A DNA stretch of 62,300 nt, the filler included, from Choristocarpus tenellus KU-1152 (Eukaryota > Protista > Phaeophyceae), in NCBI GenBank assembly GCA_964200185.2. It is 12 parts of 12 records of this genome, joined end to end, with 100 filler letters (N's around TTAATTAATTAA, not from the genome) between each part and the next. Parts side by side here need not be neighbours in the genome. Positions count along the whole stretch, not along the records: positions 49,804 to 52,869 come from CAXNAD020022553.1; positions 52,970 to 58,754 come from CAXNAD020009760.1; positions 58,855 to 62,300 come from CAXNAD020019973.1; 9 more parts are not named here. One strand, written 5' to 3'. A program made the translations under genes and the position numbers. The notes under the pieces were generated by a model, which was given only the letters and a program-made list of their open reading frames with translations, was not told the DNA's origin and ran no database searches. Every line of letters begins with the position of its first letter. Positions within the stretch are counted from its first letter, which is position 1. Below are positions 51,808-62,300 of the stretch, piece after piece.

Positions 51808-52476
51808 GGCACCACAGGAAGTGGTGGGGGAGCACAAACGACGTGCTAACACCGTTTGGATGGTCCTTATCCTTTGTTGGATTGCCTCTGCAGTGTGGAC
51901 CATATATCAGGCAGTAAATAAGTTGAACAACCCTCCCACCAAGACGGCTGTGATTGTAAGTTGAGGTGTTTGATGTTTGGTTTCGTTTCAGGAAGTATAT
52001 GTTTACCATTGTACTTTACTGTGGTTTAGACCAAACGTATCTAGGGTGGTGAGGGGGTCTACACGAGGGTTTCCATTTGGACAAAAATCGGGAAAAGAGC
52101 TTTTGCATTATCCATCCTATGGCAGCCATATCACCCAAAAATTATGATACGGAAAAATTGACCCCAAATAAACAGCCGCCACCCCCCAGAGATACCTTGA
52201 GCCTTTAACGACGTGTTTGATGTTTTTCTTTGTGTGTTCTGAGTGTGGCATCAACATCAACTTTATGCCATTGATCCATTATCAAATATTACCATACACA
52301 TCGATGCGCAGGAAGAACCCTTCAGGTTTCCAGACGTCGAGTTCTGCTTCTATGAGGGCGAAGGGTGTCTTGTAAATGGAACATATTGTGCTGAATATGC
52401 AAATGTCACTGTCTGGGACATTAGCTATAATTTCGAGGAAAGCGACGGGGATGGGTGGCCAGCCGTCACACCATAT
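51808..52476 (+). CDS. Membrane protein with a DEG/ENaC-like TM1 and FPxVxxC motif (exons ~51808-51913 and ~52243-52476)
   Basis: HKRRANTVWMVLILCWIASAVWTIYQ...VWHQHQLYAIDPLSNITIHIDAQEEPFRFPDVEFCFY, followed by a Cys-containing segment with N-glycosylation sequons and a gtaag donor. The acceptor near 52243 is not cleanly resolved. Confidence 0.5.
52029..52203 (+). mobile_element. MITE family B (intronic)
   Basis: GACCAAACGTATCT ... AGATACCTTGAGCC; perfect TSD TTTA. Confidence 0.88.
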
Positions 52477-54392
52477 GTAAGACTGGGGGTTGACTCAAGT
52501 CATATCCGATTGTGGCTTGTGATGTGGGCCGATTGATGCGTCTCGACTGTGCCATGTTTTAGTAGAACTGTTGTGCACAATCATCACTGAGCTCTTCACG
52601 GAGGTATAAAGTCGGGCATATTTTGTGTTGCAAACCTCGAGAAAACTGTAAGGAAATAGACACAACACAACAGGCGGACGTACTACTAGGCACACCTGTC
52701 CACTTTCAGTCTGCTTTTAGTCAAGGTGGATCTTGGACTCGGCTTGTTCCAACACACAACGTGATCCTAGAAGTGATAGCGTGGCTGCTGGGTTAGGACA
52801 TATTGCACACATCGTTGTAATTGAATGAGACATATGACGAGGTAAATCAGTAACTATTTGCTTATGTTGNNNNNNNNNNNNNNNNNNNNNNNNNNNNNNN
52901 NNNNNNNNNNNNNTTAATTAATTAANNNNNNNNNNNNNNNNNNNNNNNNNNNNNNNNNNNNNNNNNNNNATTTGGCCGAAACGGATGCCCCCTCACAAAC
53001 CACCCCCCCCCCCAGATACTTTGACCCACTGGCAGTCAAAGTCAACACAGCTATGTGCTCCAGCACTGGTCAGACCTGTAGTTTCTTAGAGGGGGGGATA
53101 TTTAGCCAAGGTTTTTCCATTCAGGACTTGATGGTGTTATGTAGGATATACTCCAGTTTGATGCCTGTTTTGCGGGTGATTTTCCTTTGGTTTTGTTGTT
53201 CAAGTATGTGGGTGGGAAAGGAAGTTGCACTCAGAGGAACAAAATCGCCCTTACGTCTGACACATTCACTCAGATGACGTGAAAATCTTTACAGATTCAC
53301 AGAGACCCCCAATGAAAGCCAGAACCCCCCTCGAGGATACTATGACCCAAGTCAACCCACAACAGCAACGATGACAAGAAATCAGTTGTGTGTCTGGTTT
53401 AAGATGCTGAAAACCTATACCCACCTGTAATGAATGCAATCAATATCAGAATTGAAAGGGTGTACTATGATACAGCAAGTAGAAAGTACGGACTGATGGT
53501 TCATCCTCGCCGTAAATAATCCTAAGGTGACTTCAACAGCTGTGTGATCAAGAGTCCATTGTTCACACACTCCCAAAGAGTGTGGTGCTTTACCAAGAAA
53601 GCAAGGATGTAGCATGTGCTTTATTAAGTTACAGTGAAGAGTGAGTCCTATCCACAAGGGGGGGGTGGTAGTTCCTAGTCTCCCTAATCACGCTTTCATG
53701 TAATTCGGTATATCACCGATAGAAGCATTTCTGGTAGATCACGAATAGAAACATTTCTTTAAATATTTCTTCAACATCACTATATTCCAATGTCCTGATC
53801 AATCACAAATCTACCGTTCTACACTCATCATCTTCCTGCGTACACAATTACTTCATGTGTACTCATAGCAACATTTGGTGTGTACAGTACTTCAAAGCAT
53901 CTCCTTCTGCGAGCATCCACCTCTTACACATCCTCTTGCTCCTTTGGCATGTTTTTTTTCAAAGTTGAGACCTGAGGTATTTTGACAAATAAGTTAGAGG
54001 GATACTCAGAAGAAAGAGTGGAATGCAGGCACGAGAGTGTGGAGGGGGAAAAGAAATGGCACGGTAGAGGTGGCGATAGAGGGGAAGAGGAAGGAATGAG
54101 GGATATTTTCAGGGCGGGGGGGGGATATATTGAGTGGATATGGTGTAAATATATTTGCATATCGTTAACCACCCTTCACGAATGTCACTGATAACTCACA
54201 AACATCTGTTCTTGCTGAACAAATGGCGATGATGTTGTTCATTTGCCCAAATAAAACAGACTACACCAAACAAACAAGTGGGCAGCTGTTCCCTCCACAA
54301 AGCCAAAGTAAACGAAAGAAAGATGAACAAGGATGAGGTTGAAGGGTTAGGGTACATAGTACGAAAAAGTGTGTTTCGATCGATAGAACAGT

Positions 54393-54662
54393 GAGCCAAA
54401 GTAAGCGAGAGGGTACCCAGGTTTCGACTGTTTCGCATTTTAAAGTCAGTTTTTTTTTATTCTTTCGCAGTTCACCCATATTTCTATGGATGAAGTGCAA
54501 AGTTTGACTTGAGGACGTTGATTTTTCTATCATTTGAAGAATTTCGATACTATACGTATTCAGAAAATATCCTAAAGCGTTTGAAAAAATAGACGAATTT
54601 TGAACATATCGGTCAGCATCCTTAAAGATGCAACTCTCGGTACCTCTTGTTTACTTTGACTC
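54393..54662 (+). mobile_element. MITE family C
   Basis: GAGCCAAAGTAAGCGAGAGGGTACC ... GGTACCTCTTGTTTACTTTGACTC. Confidence 0.85.
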
Positions 54663-56080
54663 GCACTGGCTGTTCGTTTTTTTTGGAGGAACCGCTCACC
54701 ATGTCCACTTGCAAAGTTCGTGTGAGTATTTCTCAATTAGCACTCGCACGAAAATGAACCAAACTTCATTGAAAACATTTCAGACACAAGCTTTATTCTC
54801 GGGAGAAGGCAATATTGAGTGCAACACAAGGAAGAGTAGCTGGTAGTACATTTTGCAGGAATGCAATAGACCTTTCTGCATAAGAGTCAGTCCAGGTAAC
54901 ATACATGCATGCATGTATATCGTAATATAAACACAGACAGAAAGACAGGTACCATTATATATTTCCAGGTATTACAGGGTATACATGTGTGTAAACGATG
55001 GACTGGGGTCTTATAAAGGTCGCTTTGTGGAATAAAGAGACACTATTCAATTATTTCACCCCACACATGATTAGGTGCCACAGATATGGTAAATTTGTAT
55101 ATAAAAGTCCAGAAGTTACTTCACGGAATGATACTATTAGTGCAGCATATTTGGTTACTACCTGTCATTGTCTTCACTCGACTCTTTACTATAGTGATAC
55201 CACAGTAGATCGCAAACCATGACAATAATCGTTTTTTTACTGTAGGAATGCACGAGACGCGAGCATGATGAGAGTCGATACGAGTTTTATGGAGAGTGGC
55301 GTATAGACAGACAGGCGGACAAAGGCATTAAAAGAAATTTCTACTACAATATACCCACTGGCATCCCTCAAGTAGGAAAATCTATTATTTTTTGCTTTTT
55401 TCCGTGGCATGCTGCAGTACTTGGCCTATGACGTCACCCATATGACGGTGATTGAAATTTCACTTTTCAACGTCAGTGAGCCTTTGATGTTCTTGGTCCC
55501 TGGCATTCCGGAAGCAACAACTGAGTCACTCTACCCATTATCTGCGGGCCTCTTCTGGTTCACCTTGAGTTATTCATTTTCTGCAACCAACCGACAAACT
55601 GTCCTTGCTCTAGTGAATTCACACTTTGAATTTCTGAAGACGTTCACGTTGATAGTTCACTCGCAACGCCTGTCCACCTTTTTTAATGCTTGTGATAAGA
55701 AAAACACATTTTGGTTGCATGAGAAGTACGGGAAATCAGTCATCTTCCTTGTACTTCGACGTACATGCAGATAAAGTAAACAAACAGAATACTTTGGAGT
55801 ACCTATCACTAACGATAATTTCTCGTATAATAGTGTAAGCTCTGATTAATTCGAATATACTTTGTTCTTCCGTACAAACTATTCATCAGTGTTACTTGTG
55901 GTATTTATTGAACCTCTTCCTAGACTCGAACAGTTGGGTATCTGTAACTAACTTTACACCGCCTCCCTTCCCTCCTCCCTTGTAGTCGTGCGCTATCAAT
56001 AATGTCCATATGTAGTTACTTGAAGAAATCTTGCACGTAAACCTTTCTATTTACTGCATTTCCATTGATAAAAACAAAGG

Positions 56081-56151
56081 TGGCATCGAAGGGATTCGAA
56101 CCCACAAATCTATCTAGTGAAAAGGAAAATGATTTGGTGACTGGCTCTATT
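56081..56151 (-). other. tRNA-like (SINE-head-like) element, copy 1
   Basis: Minus strand AATAGAGCCAGT...GTGGGTTCGAATCCCTTCGATGCCA followed by a T-rich tract; contains the B-box GGTTCGAATCC. Confidence 0.55.
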
Positions 56152-56184
56152 CAGATATAGTACTTACAACACACATCACCTCCA

Positions 56185-57062
56185 CTATGAGCACTGCTCC
56201 TGGAGAGGGTCACAGGACTGGAAAGCACACTGTTTCTCATGGCATATGCTTAGCCGTTCCAGATAATCTCCCAACTTCTCTGCAGCAATCTTGTCAAGCA
56301 CTCTGCCAAATTGTGTCAGTAATGAGATGCCCCTGTGGTAACCACAATCTATCGCTGATCCTTCTTGTGGAATGCTGTGATGACCACATCCTTCCCAAAT
56401 ATGCGCACAACTTTCCGGTCTCACACAGCCAACACAAACTCTGAATGGAGGACAGCCTTGTCCGCCAAGTTTCAGGATCATCTGGACCCATTGCCTAGAT
56501 CGCTTCAATCAATCCCACCAGTGTTGATGTATCACAGCGAGTGTGATGTACGAGGACTGCTGGGCGAGGGCTTCAGCACTATGAGGGTTGAAGTTGACCG
56601 ACTTTTTGCGGAGGAGCACTTTAAAGAATCGCCTCCACCTTTTCATAACGAGTCGTTTCTCTTTCAGTAGTCTACCAGATCTATCTTGGATATATTGGAA
56701 GGCACATTGTCTAGTTCTCTCTCTACCTTGAACCCTTGTAGGCGTTGGAAGAAACTAGCTTGGTCTCCACAGTGAACAAGGCATTTCACCTTCCCGTTGT
56801 AGATGTCAAGAAACTCCTGTAAGGTAGATACCCCCAGCCGTCTTAGCCACTTGCGAGTTATCTTCAATATCTTCTTGAGGAAGCCGTTTTGTAGGTCTGT
56901 GAGCAGCGATCTCCATGCCCTTTCCCCCTCCTCCCAGGCTTTCTCCAGGAAAGTCGCTTGAGCTTGGTCACTTGAACAACCTCCTGGCAACTCCTTCCGT
57001 GTAGAAGGTGTAAGTATTTCTGTGGCAGCTTCCAAGAAATTGGCTGTGTATGAAGCTGCCAT
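56185..57062 (-). mobile_element. Decayed non-LTR retrotransposon (RTE-like LINE): linker plus start of RT
   Basis: Frameshifted segments KRWRRFFKVLLRKKS, GPDD and DCGYHRGISLLTQFGRVLDKIAAEKLGDYLERLSICHEKQCAF correspond to the CxNYRGISL...GK...RL......LPEEQCGFR RT motif. Confidence 0.8.
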
Positions 57063-58696
57063 ACTGTTGACTTTGACTTCTACATTACCGACCAGTATAT
57101 TCGTGGCGCATTTGAGCTAGCTACAGTAGAATCAATTTGTTCTTTCCCGCTTGAATTTCGTAGGTTCTAACCCCTTCCACGTCACACCTTCGCGGTAGTG
57201 TTTTTTTGCAAGTGCAGTTATAGAAGGATCCCTAATTAATTAAGTATAACGTGCAGGTAGCTGGGTGGGTTACTGTGGTTGTCGTGCGATATATCGAGGT
57301 ATCTTGATATAGCAATGTTGTAAAGGACAACAATTCCATGTGTGACAACAGCTACCCATAGCCTTGTGCTGGGCTACCACCATGCTGAAGGCGCAGAGGT
57401 TGGCAATACCCAAGGTTGTCACCAACCTCCAACCATTGGGGAAGCAGTAGGGCTCAATCTTGTTTGTCTCAGTCGGGTCAAAAACATCAGGGACTTAATT
57501 CGTGGTGTCATGCCGTTTGATAGGGGATACGGGGTAACACGACTGGACCTCTGTAAGTACAACACTGTAAGCAGTGAACTCTGTAAGAAGTACAAGCCAT
57601 GCATGTATTCCACACCATTGGAACAATGGTGGGTTTAGAGTTGGCATACATATGTTGCAGAGTGCAGTCTGTATGCAATCTACTAAAATATACGTATATG
57701 AAGCTACAACAAGAGTGGAACACATATTGTTCCTTTCATTACATTTTGTCCATATGCTTGCCAGCATAAAATTTCACAATCCTTGTCTATAGAGGCAGCA
57801 CAAGTGGTGAGTTACCTCTTCGCCACCCAAAGAGTGAAATGGTGCGTCCACAACAATATCTGCATTAGGGTGTTGATGATAGCTACACAAATATCCACCA
57901 CTTCCCATCTAGAAGTACCAACTAATATTCTTCCAAGTGATATATTTGATGTAACATGCTCGAATCCATGAGATCCGAAAGGCAGTACAAAGGGACAGCA
58001 GAAAAGAAAAAGGATATATTACGTAGTATTATGTACTCGTTATACTGTTACAATAAGGCAAAGGTGAAAAATGTAACAATCAACGTAGAAAAAACGCAGT
58101 AATGGACAAGTAACAATAAGAGAAAGATACAAATAAGCGCGATATTATGAAGATATTTGAGTTTTGTGGGATGAAGAATTTCATTCTCTGGGTGATTGAT
58201 GAATGTATTAGTGTTTGGGGTTTATACGCGTGGAAGGGAAAATTGAAAACTATTAAGTGTGGACGGGAAAAGTGTAATGGAATGGATTGAAGCAAGGGTT
58301 TGGAGTGTAGGAAGTTGACAAACTGCTGATCTGAAGTGCTTGGTGAAACAAAAGGGTCATTGTGAAAGTTTGTGGGGGAAGCGTGATAGAGGCAAGCTGA
58401 ACGTAGTTTGAGCAATGTTTCCCACCCACCTATCCTCTCGATTGTTCACGATTGAGGGGGATGGGGGGTGGGGGGGTCAAGCTCAGGCGGGGTAGATGTC
58501 TTCTGGTTCAAGGGCACTGTATTGGAGAGGAAGTATGTATATGGAGTGTTTATTAGGAGGAGTTGTTTGGCAGTGTATAGTATGCTTGCTGGTAGCAGCA
58601 TAGCCTTGAGGGGATATTCAGATGGTCGCATCGTTTTTGTGAGTCAAAATGTGGATGGACAGTTTTGTGGGTGAATATATTGATGGTTGTATTGAA

Positions 58697-58754
58697 CAGC
58701 CGATTTCAAAAATTGAGGATGGAGCTTTTCATTGAGGATGGGCTTGGCCCAAAA
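58697..58754. mobile_element. Second terminus copy of the 12270 fold-back family
   Basis: CAGCCGATTTCAAAAATTGAGGATGGAGCTTTTCATTGAGGATG, cut by the contig end. Confidence 0.75.
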
Positions 58755-58854
58755 NNNNNNNNNNNNNNNNNNNNNNNNNNNNNNNNNNNNNNNNNNNNTT
58801 AATTAATTAANNNNNNNNNNNNNNNNNNNNNNNNNNNNNNNNNNNNNNNNNNNN

Positions 58855-59978
58855 TCTGAAGCACAATTTGGGTTGGACTTCTTCCAGCCCCTCTCTGGCC
58901 TCACCGCCACCCGGCGAACCCCCCCTGCTCGCATCCCCACCATCGCCTTCCAAGGTAGACATGGTATTAGATGAAGGGTTAGGGAAAACATTACGAAAAA
59001 CGGACAATAGCAGCTATCAGTAGATACAAAGCAGCAGATATCTGGAGCTTTCATATTGCTACCCCCCCTTCCCTTCCATCTCACGGGGTAGTGCAATACC
59101 ATAACTCCCTTTGAAAAAAAGGTTTGGCGTCGAAGGGGTTCGAACCCACGAAACGCATGCTAGAAACACCAAAATGGTTTGGCACTGGCTCTATTTCGCC
59201 AAATCCGGGGGCGCACGAAATACACGCCTCCAGAAAAAAAGTAGCACAAAAAGAAAATACACCACATCTCACCCCTCACAAGGGTTATAGCCCTGCCCAT
59301 GAGCAAATTAAAGCCTAGAGTCCAGTCTGCGATAATACTGCTACTGCTACTGCTACTAAGAACAAGGATAAGACCAACAGTAATAGAGAACCTGTTTGAA
59401 ATATAAACATCTTACACTAAAGAGACAGGAAGGAAAGAAATCAATGGTGCCCCTTCCTTCCCCCTGTGTAACCGTTGTCCCCTCCTCTTGCTGTTCATAG
59501 ATACATGTATATATATATACATATATTATAAATGCATATTATAAATGTATATACAGTATATTTTTATGATTACAAGGCGAGCTTCACAGCAAAGAGGGCA
59601 GAAAGTGAGTGCCTGTGTGTTTATACGCATCTTGAAACCATGGATAAGTGACCATGGACGAACGCTATCCCCCTTGCCAATCGTGTAACTTCTCCCCCGG
59701 CCTACCCCCCAATGCAACACCCTTTCCCCCACATGACACATACTCACACCTCATCCACGGCTCCAACTAGCCTCCCCACTCCAACAGGAACTGTGAGCAC
59801 AGACCCTTCCTTATCATCATCCTCCCCATAGCCCAAGGAAAATACTGAAGTTGCCTGCACAAACATTAGGGCATTCCACAGAAAGCAAGGCAATGTTGAG
59901 ATTAAAAAAAAAAAAAAAAATCTCCTTTGTTACTGTCTTCACCTGTTGTTGCCAACTCTACACCATTAGAATAGCTTG
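58855..59978 (-). CDS. FKBP-type peptidyl-prolyl isomerase, internal exons (59943-59978, 59750-59844, 58855-58946)
   Basis: Spliced SYSNGVELATT|VFSLGYGEDDDKEGSVLTVPVGVGRLVGAVDE|AMVGMRAGGVRRVAVRPERGW matches the FKBP G-x-x-LI-x-G-x-DE-x-x-x-GM-x-x-GG-x-RR-x-x-I-x-P-x-x-G(Y/W) pattern; phases are compatible. Confidence 0.8.
59125..59200 (-). other. tRNA-like (SINE-head-like) element, copy 2, in an FKBP intron
   Basis: 76 nt from GGCGAAATAGAGCCAGT to GTGGGTTCGAACCCCTTCGACGCCA, then a T7 run (59114-59120) resembling a Pol III terminator; no proper anticodon arm. Confidence 0.55.
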
Positions 59979-59988
59979 CTGAAGTAGC

Positions 59989-60460
59989 GCATCAGGTGTA
60001 CCTTAAATACTACTCAAAGCACAACATCAGAAGGTGTACCCCAAAATTACTAAAAAAGATACTATGAAGTGTACCCTCAAAATGAATACAAACATGACAC
60101 ATCAGAAGGTATCCCCAATGTATGACTAATAATGGCAGCATAAGGTATATCCTAAATGCTACTAAAAACAAGACATCAGAAGGTACCCCCAAAGTATGAC
60201 TAATAATGGCAGCATAAGGTATATCCAAAATACTACAAAAAACATGACATCAGAAGGTATCCCCAAAGTATGACTAATAATGGCAGCATAAGGTATATCC
60301 TAAATGCTACCAAAAACTCGACGACAGATTAGAAGCTATATCACTCAAAATAACAGCGTAAGCTATATCCTAAATACTACTAAAAACATGACATCAGATT
60401 AGAAGCTACACCCAGAGTATCACTCAAAATGACCGTGTAAGGTATATCCTAAATTCTAAA
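59989..60460. repeat. ~74-75-bp tandem minisatellite (~6 units) with ~37-bp substructure
   Basis: CATCAGAAGG recurs at 60025, 60100, 60174 and 60248; AAGGTATATCCTAAAT half-units. Confidence 0.9.
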
Positions 60461-60585
60461 AAAAAAAACATGAAGCCATGAGCTACAGCCAAAATAACAG
60501 AAAAAAAATCCCAGCACAATCCTGAATCGTTCTAGATGCAAGTGGTGCAAACAAAAAGAATGCCTGAACGTCACATTCCAACGCA

Positions 60586-60702
60586 AATCGAATCGAATCG
60601 AATAAAATCGAATAAAATCAAATAAAATCGAATCAAATAAAATCGAATCGACTAAAATCAAATCAAATCGAATCGAATCGAATCAAATCAAATCGAATCA
60701 AA
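60586..60702. repeat. Pentanucleotide microsatellite (AATCG/AATCA/AATAA)n
   Basis: Direct inspection. Other microsatellites: (GTGTT)n ~17357-17397 and ~32964-33017, (CTA)n ~17503-17533, (ATATC)n ~60990-61015. Confidence 0.9.
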
Positions 60703-62247
60703 ACGCCTCCACTGAATCAACGCAAGCCAAGGGGGCTGCGCTACTTGCAAGGCACACAAAGCACCAAGAGTCATGAGGAAACATCAATCTCCACGAAAGA
60801 ATAGCAGTCCAAGGCAAAAAAAATGCGCCTTGCACACTGCAGCAGGTATGATCTTGATCTCAAATACTTCTTTTTCTTACTCATCGAGTCAAATACTTCA
60901 AGATGGAATCGTTGCAATCGACGACCACACCGCTAGACACTGTCGAGGGTCTCTTCTATATCATATCACGCAGTATCATAATTACATCGTATCATATCAT
61001 ATCATATCATATCATACTATCGGCCAAAATCGACCCCGATTTTATCCCTGTGCATTTAAATGACGTATTACATTCAAATCACCTAGTTTCTAGCAACAAA
61101 TAAAATAAAATAAAATAAATACACACACACACACACACACAATGAAGAAAAATTTATAAACAAAGTTTACTATCTCGTTTCACATAACCCGATTGACTGG
61201 GAATCAATTCTTCCTCTCACCAATGCCCTACCACACCGACCGACCACCTGCCCGCCCCCCAAAATGCTTAGTTCATGACGACACCTCTGGCCCCTCCCTC
61301 GCCCACGGGCCTTTGGTACTTCTGAGTTGAATTCACACAGCAAAGTAAAAGAAGCAGGCGCAGGGGAAGATGCAAACCGAAGTATAGATATCTTTCACTG
61401 AACTGCATGAGGGTATTACCGCCATGGTGTTTTCGAAATCTGCATCACCACCACCCTATTGCAGATTACACCACACTCTATTCCCACACCAAAATGCATA
61501 CTACATGTACAACAAAAAGAGATCATACATGCACACATAAACACATAAACACATAAATATGTATCACGCAAAGTGCTCAAAAGTGGTAAATATGGGAGCC
61601 GAGATCAATCCCCTCTGTCGTACTTCTCACAAGAAAAAAAAGTTATGTATTTATGTATGTATTTGCATACATGATAATCGGAAGCAACAGTATATTCTTG
61701 AAAGTCCATACCCGTACATGGACATCCCCTCCCAATGAAACGAGCTGCACACCTTTCCACCCTAACACCCACCACAGACAACAAACACCCTAACCCTAAC
61801 CCAAAAATTGAAGGAGAAAAAAATAAGAAACAACCAAACGTCTCACTGGTGATACATACAACAGTCACCTCTCAGTGCACATGGCAACAACCTCAGTGAT
61901 GCACAGTGCCAGTGTGAGAAACACCTAAAACACCTTGAACGCTTTCACCTCAACGCCACCGGCGAGACTATCGCCGCCCCTTCAAGTCTTCCCCTCCCCC
62001 CCCCATATATATATATATATATACATATTACAAAAACAAACAAAAATTTCAACCCTGACACAGGCGCCATCCTCAGGGTATGATATTAAAAAAAAAGTTA
62101 ACGTGTGCTTTGCTCCGTCTGGTATTAAACACTGCGGTTGGGATAGCTTCATCCCAGTAACTGTATGAAACTGCCCAACACGTAAGCATCAACCATGGAA
62201 AGAGTACTGGCAATAGGAAACGCATATCCCCCCCCCACCCCCCCCCA

Positions 62248-62300
<53 letters not shown>

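Noticed and set aside
3672-58854. Regularly recurring TTAATTAATTAA palindrome
   Set aside because: Always embedded in N44 pads: an artificial contig joiner, not biology. Any gene-cluster reading across linkers (e.g. H2B next to kinesin) is also invalid. The TAATTAATTAA at ~57233 has no N pads and looks like chance AT-rich sequence.
59625-59701. Alternative FKBP exon (RGRSYTIGKG...)
   Set aside because: Donor phase is incompatible with exon 58855-58946; exon 59750-59844 fits the FKBP motif and phase.
59989-60460. Possible CRISPR-like array (also 3772-3952)
   Set aside because: Units are contiguous with no unique spacers; eukaryotic context and no cas genes.
62249-62300. Terminal poly(A) as a retrocopy tail
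   Set aside because: At the window edge after a poly(C) run, with no recognisable retrocopy body upstream; likely low-complexity sequence or an assembly artefact.

Overview
Eukaryotic, repeat-rich, intron-rich DNA, most likely from a stramenopile and plausibly a brown alga. That placement is an inference from the H2B and 18S sequences, TTAGGG motifs and short exons in long introns. The window is not one locus: it is 12 short contigs joined by 11 artificial 100-bp linkers (N44-TTAATTAATTAA-N44), so adjacency across linkers means nothing. Recognisable partial genes are an ABC-F ATPase 3' end, a Ulp1/SENP SUMO protease exon, histone H2B with a 3' stem-loop, a kinesin motor, an FKBP-type PPIase, a Zn(II)2Cys6 factor, a DEG/ENaC-like membrane protein and a PHD-like finger protein. 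Relics include a 7-exon DDD/E transposase pseudogene, a decayed RTE-like LINE, an 18S rRNA fragment and a RING pseudogene. Most notable observations: (1) four ~175-270 bp MITE families share G(A/G)(G/C)YCAAA termini, with perfect variable 4-bp TSDs in families A and B (Sola2-like), and a candidate cognate intron-rich transposase; (2) a ~390-nt fold-back built from inverted copies of a Zn2Cys6 first exon, a candidate hairpin-RNA or proto-miRNA locus; (3) a variant histone 3' stem-loop; (4) a two-copy tRNA-like Pol III element; (5) a DEG/ENaC-like gene.
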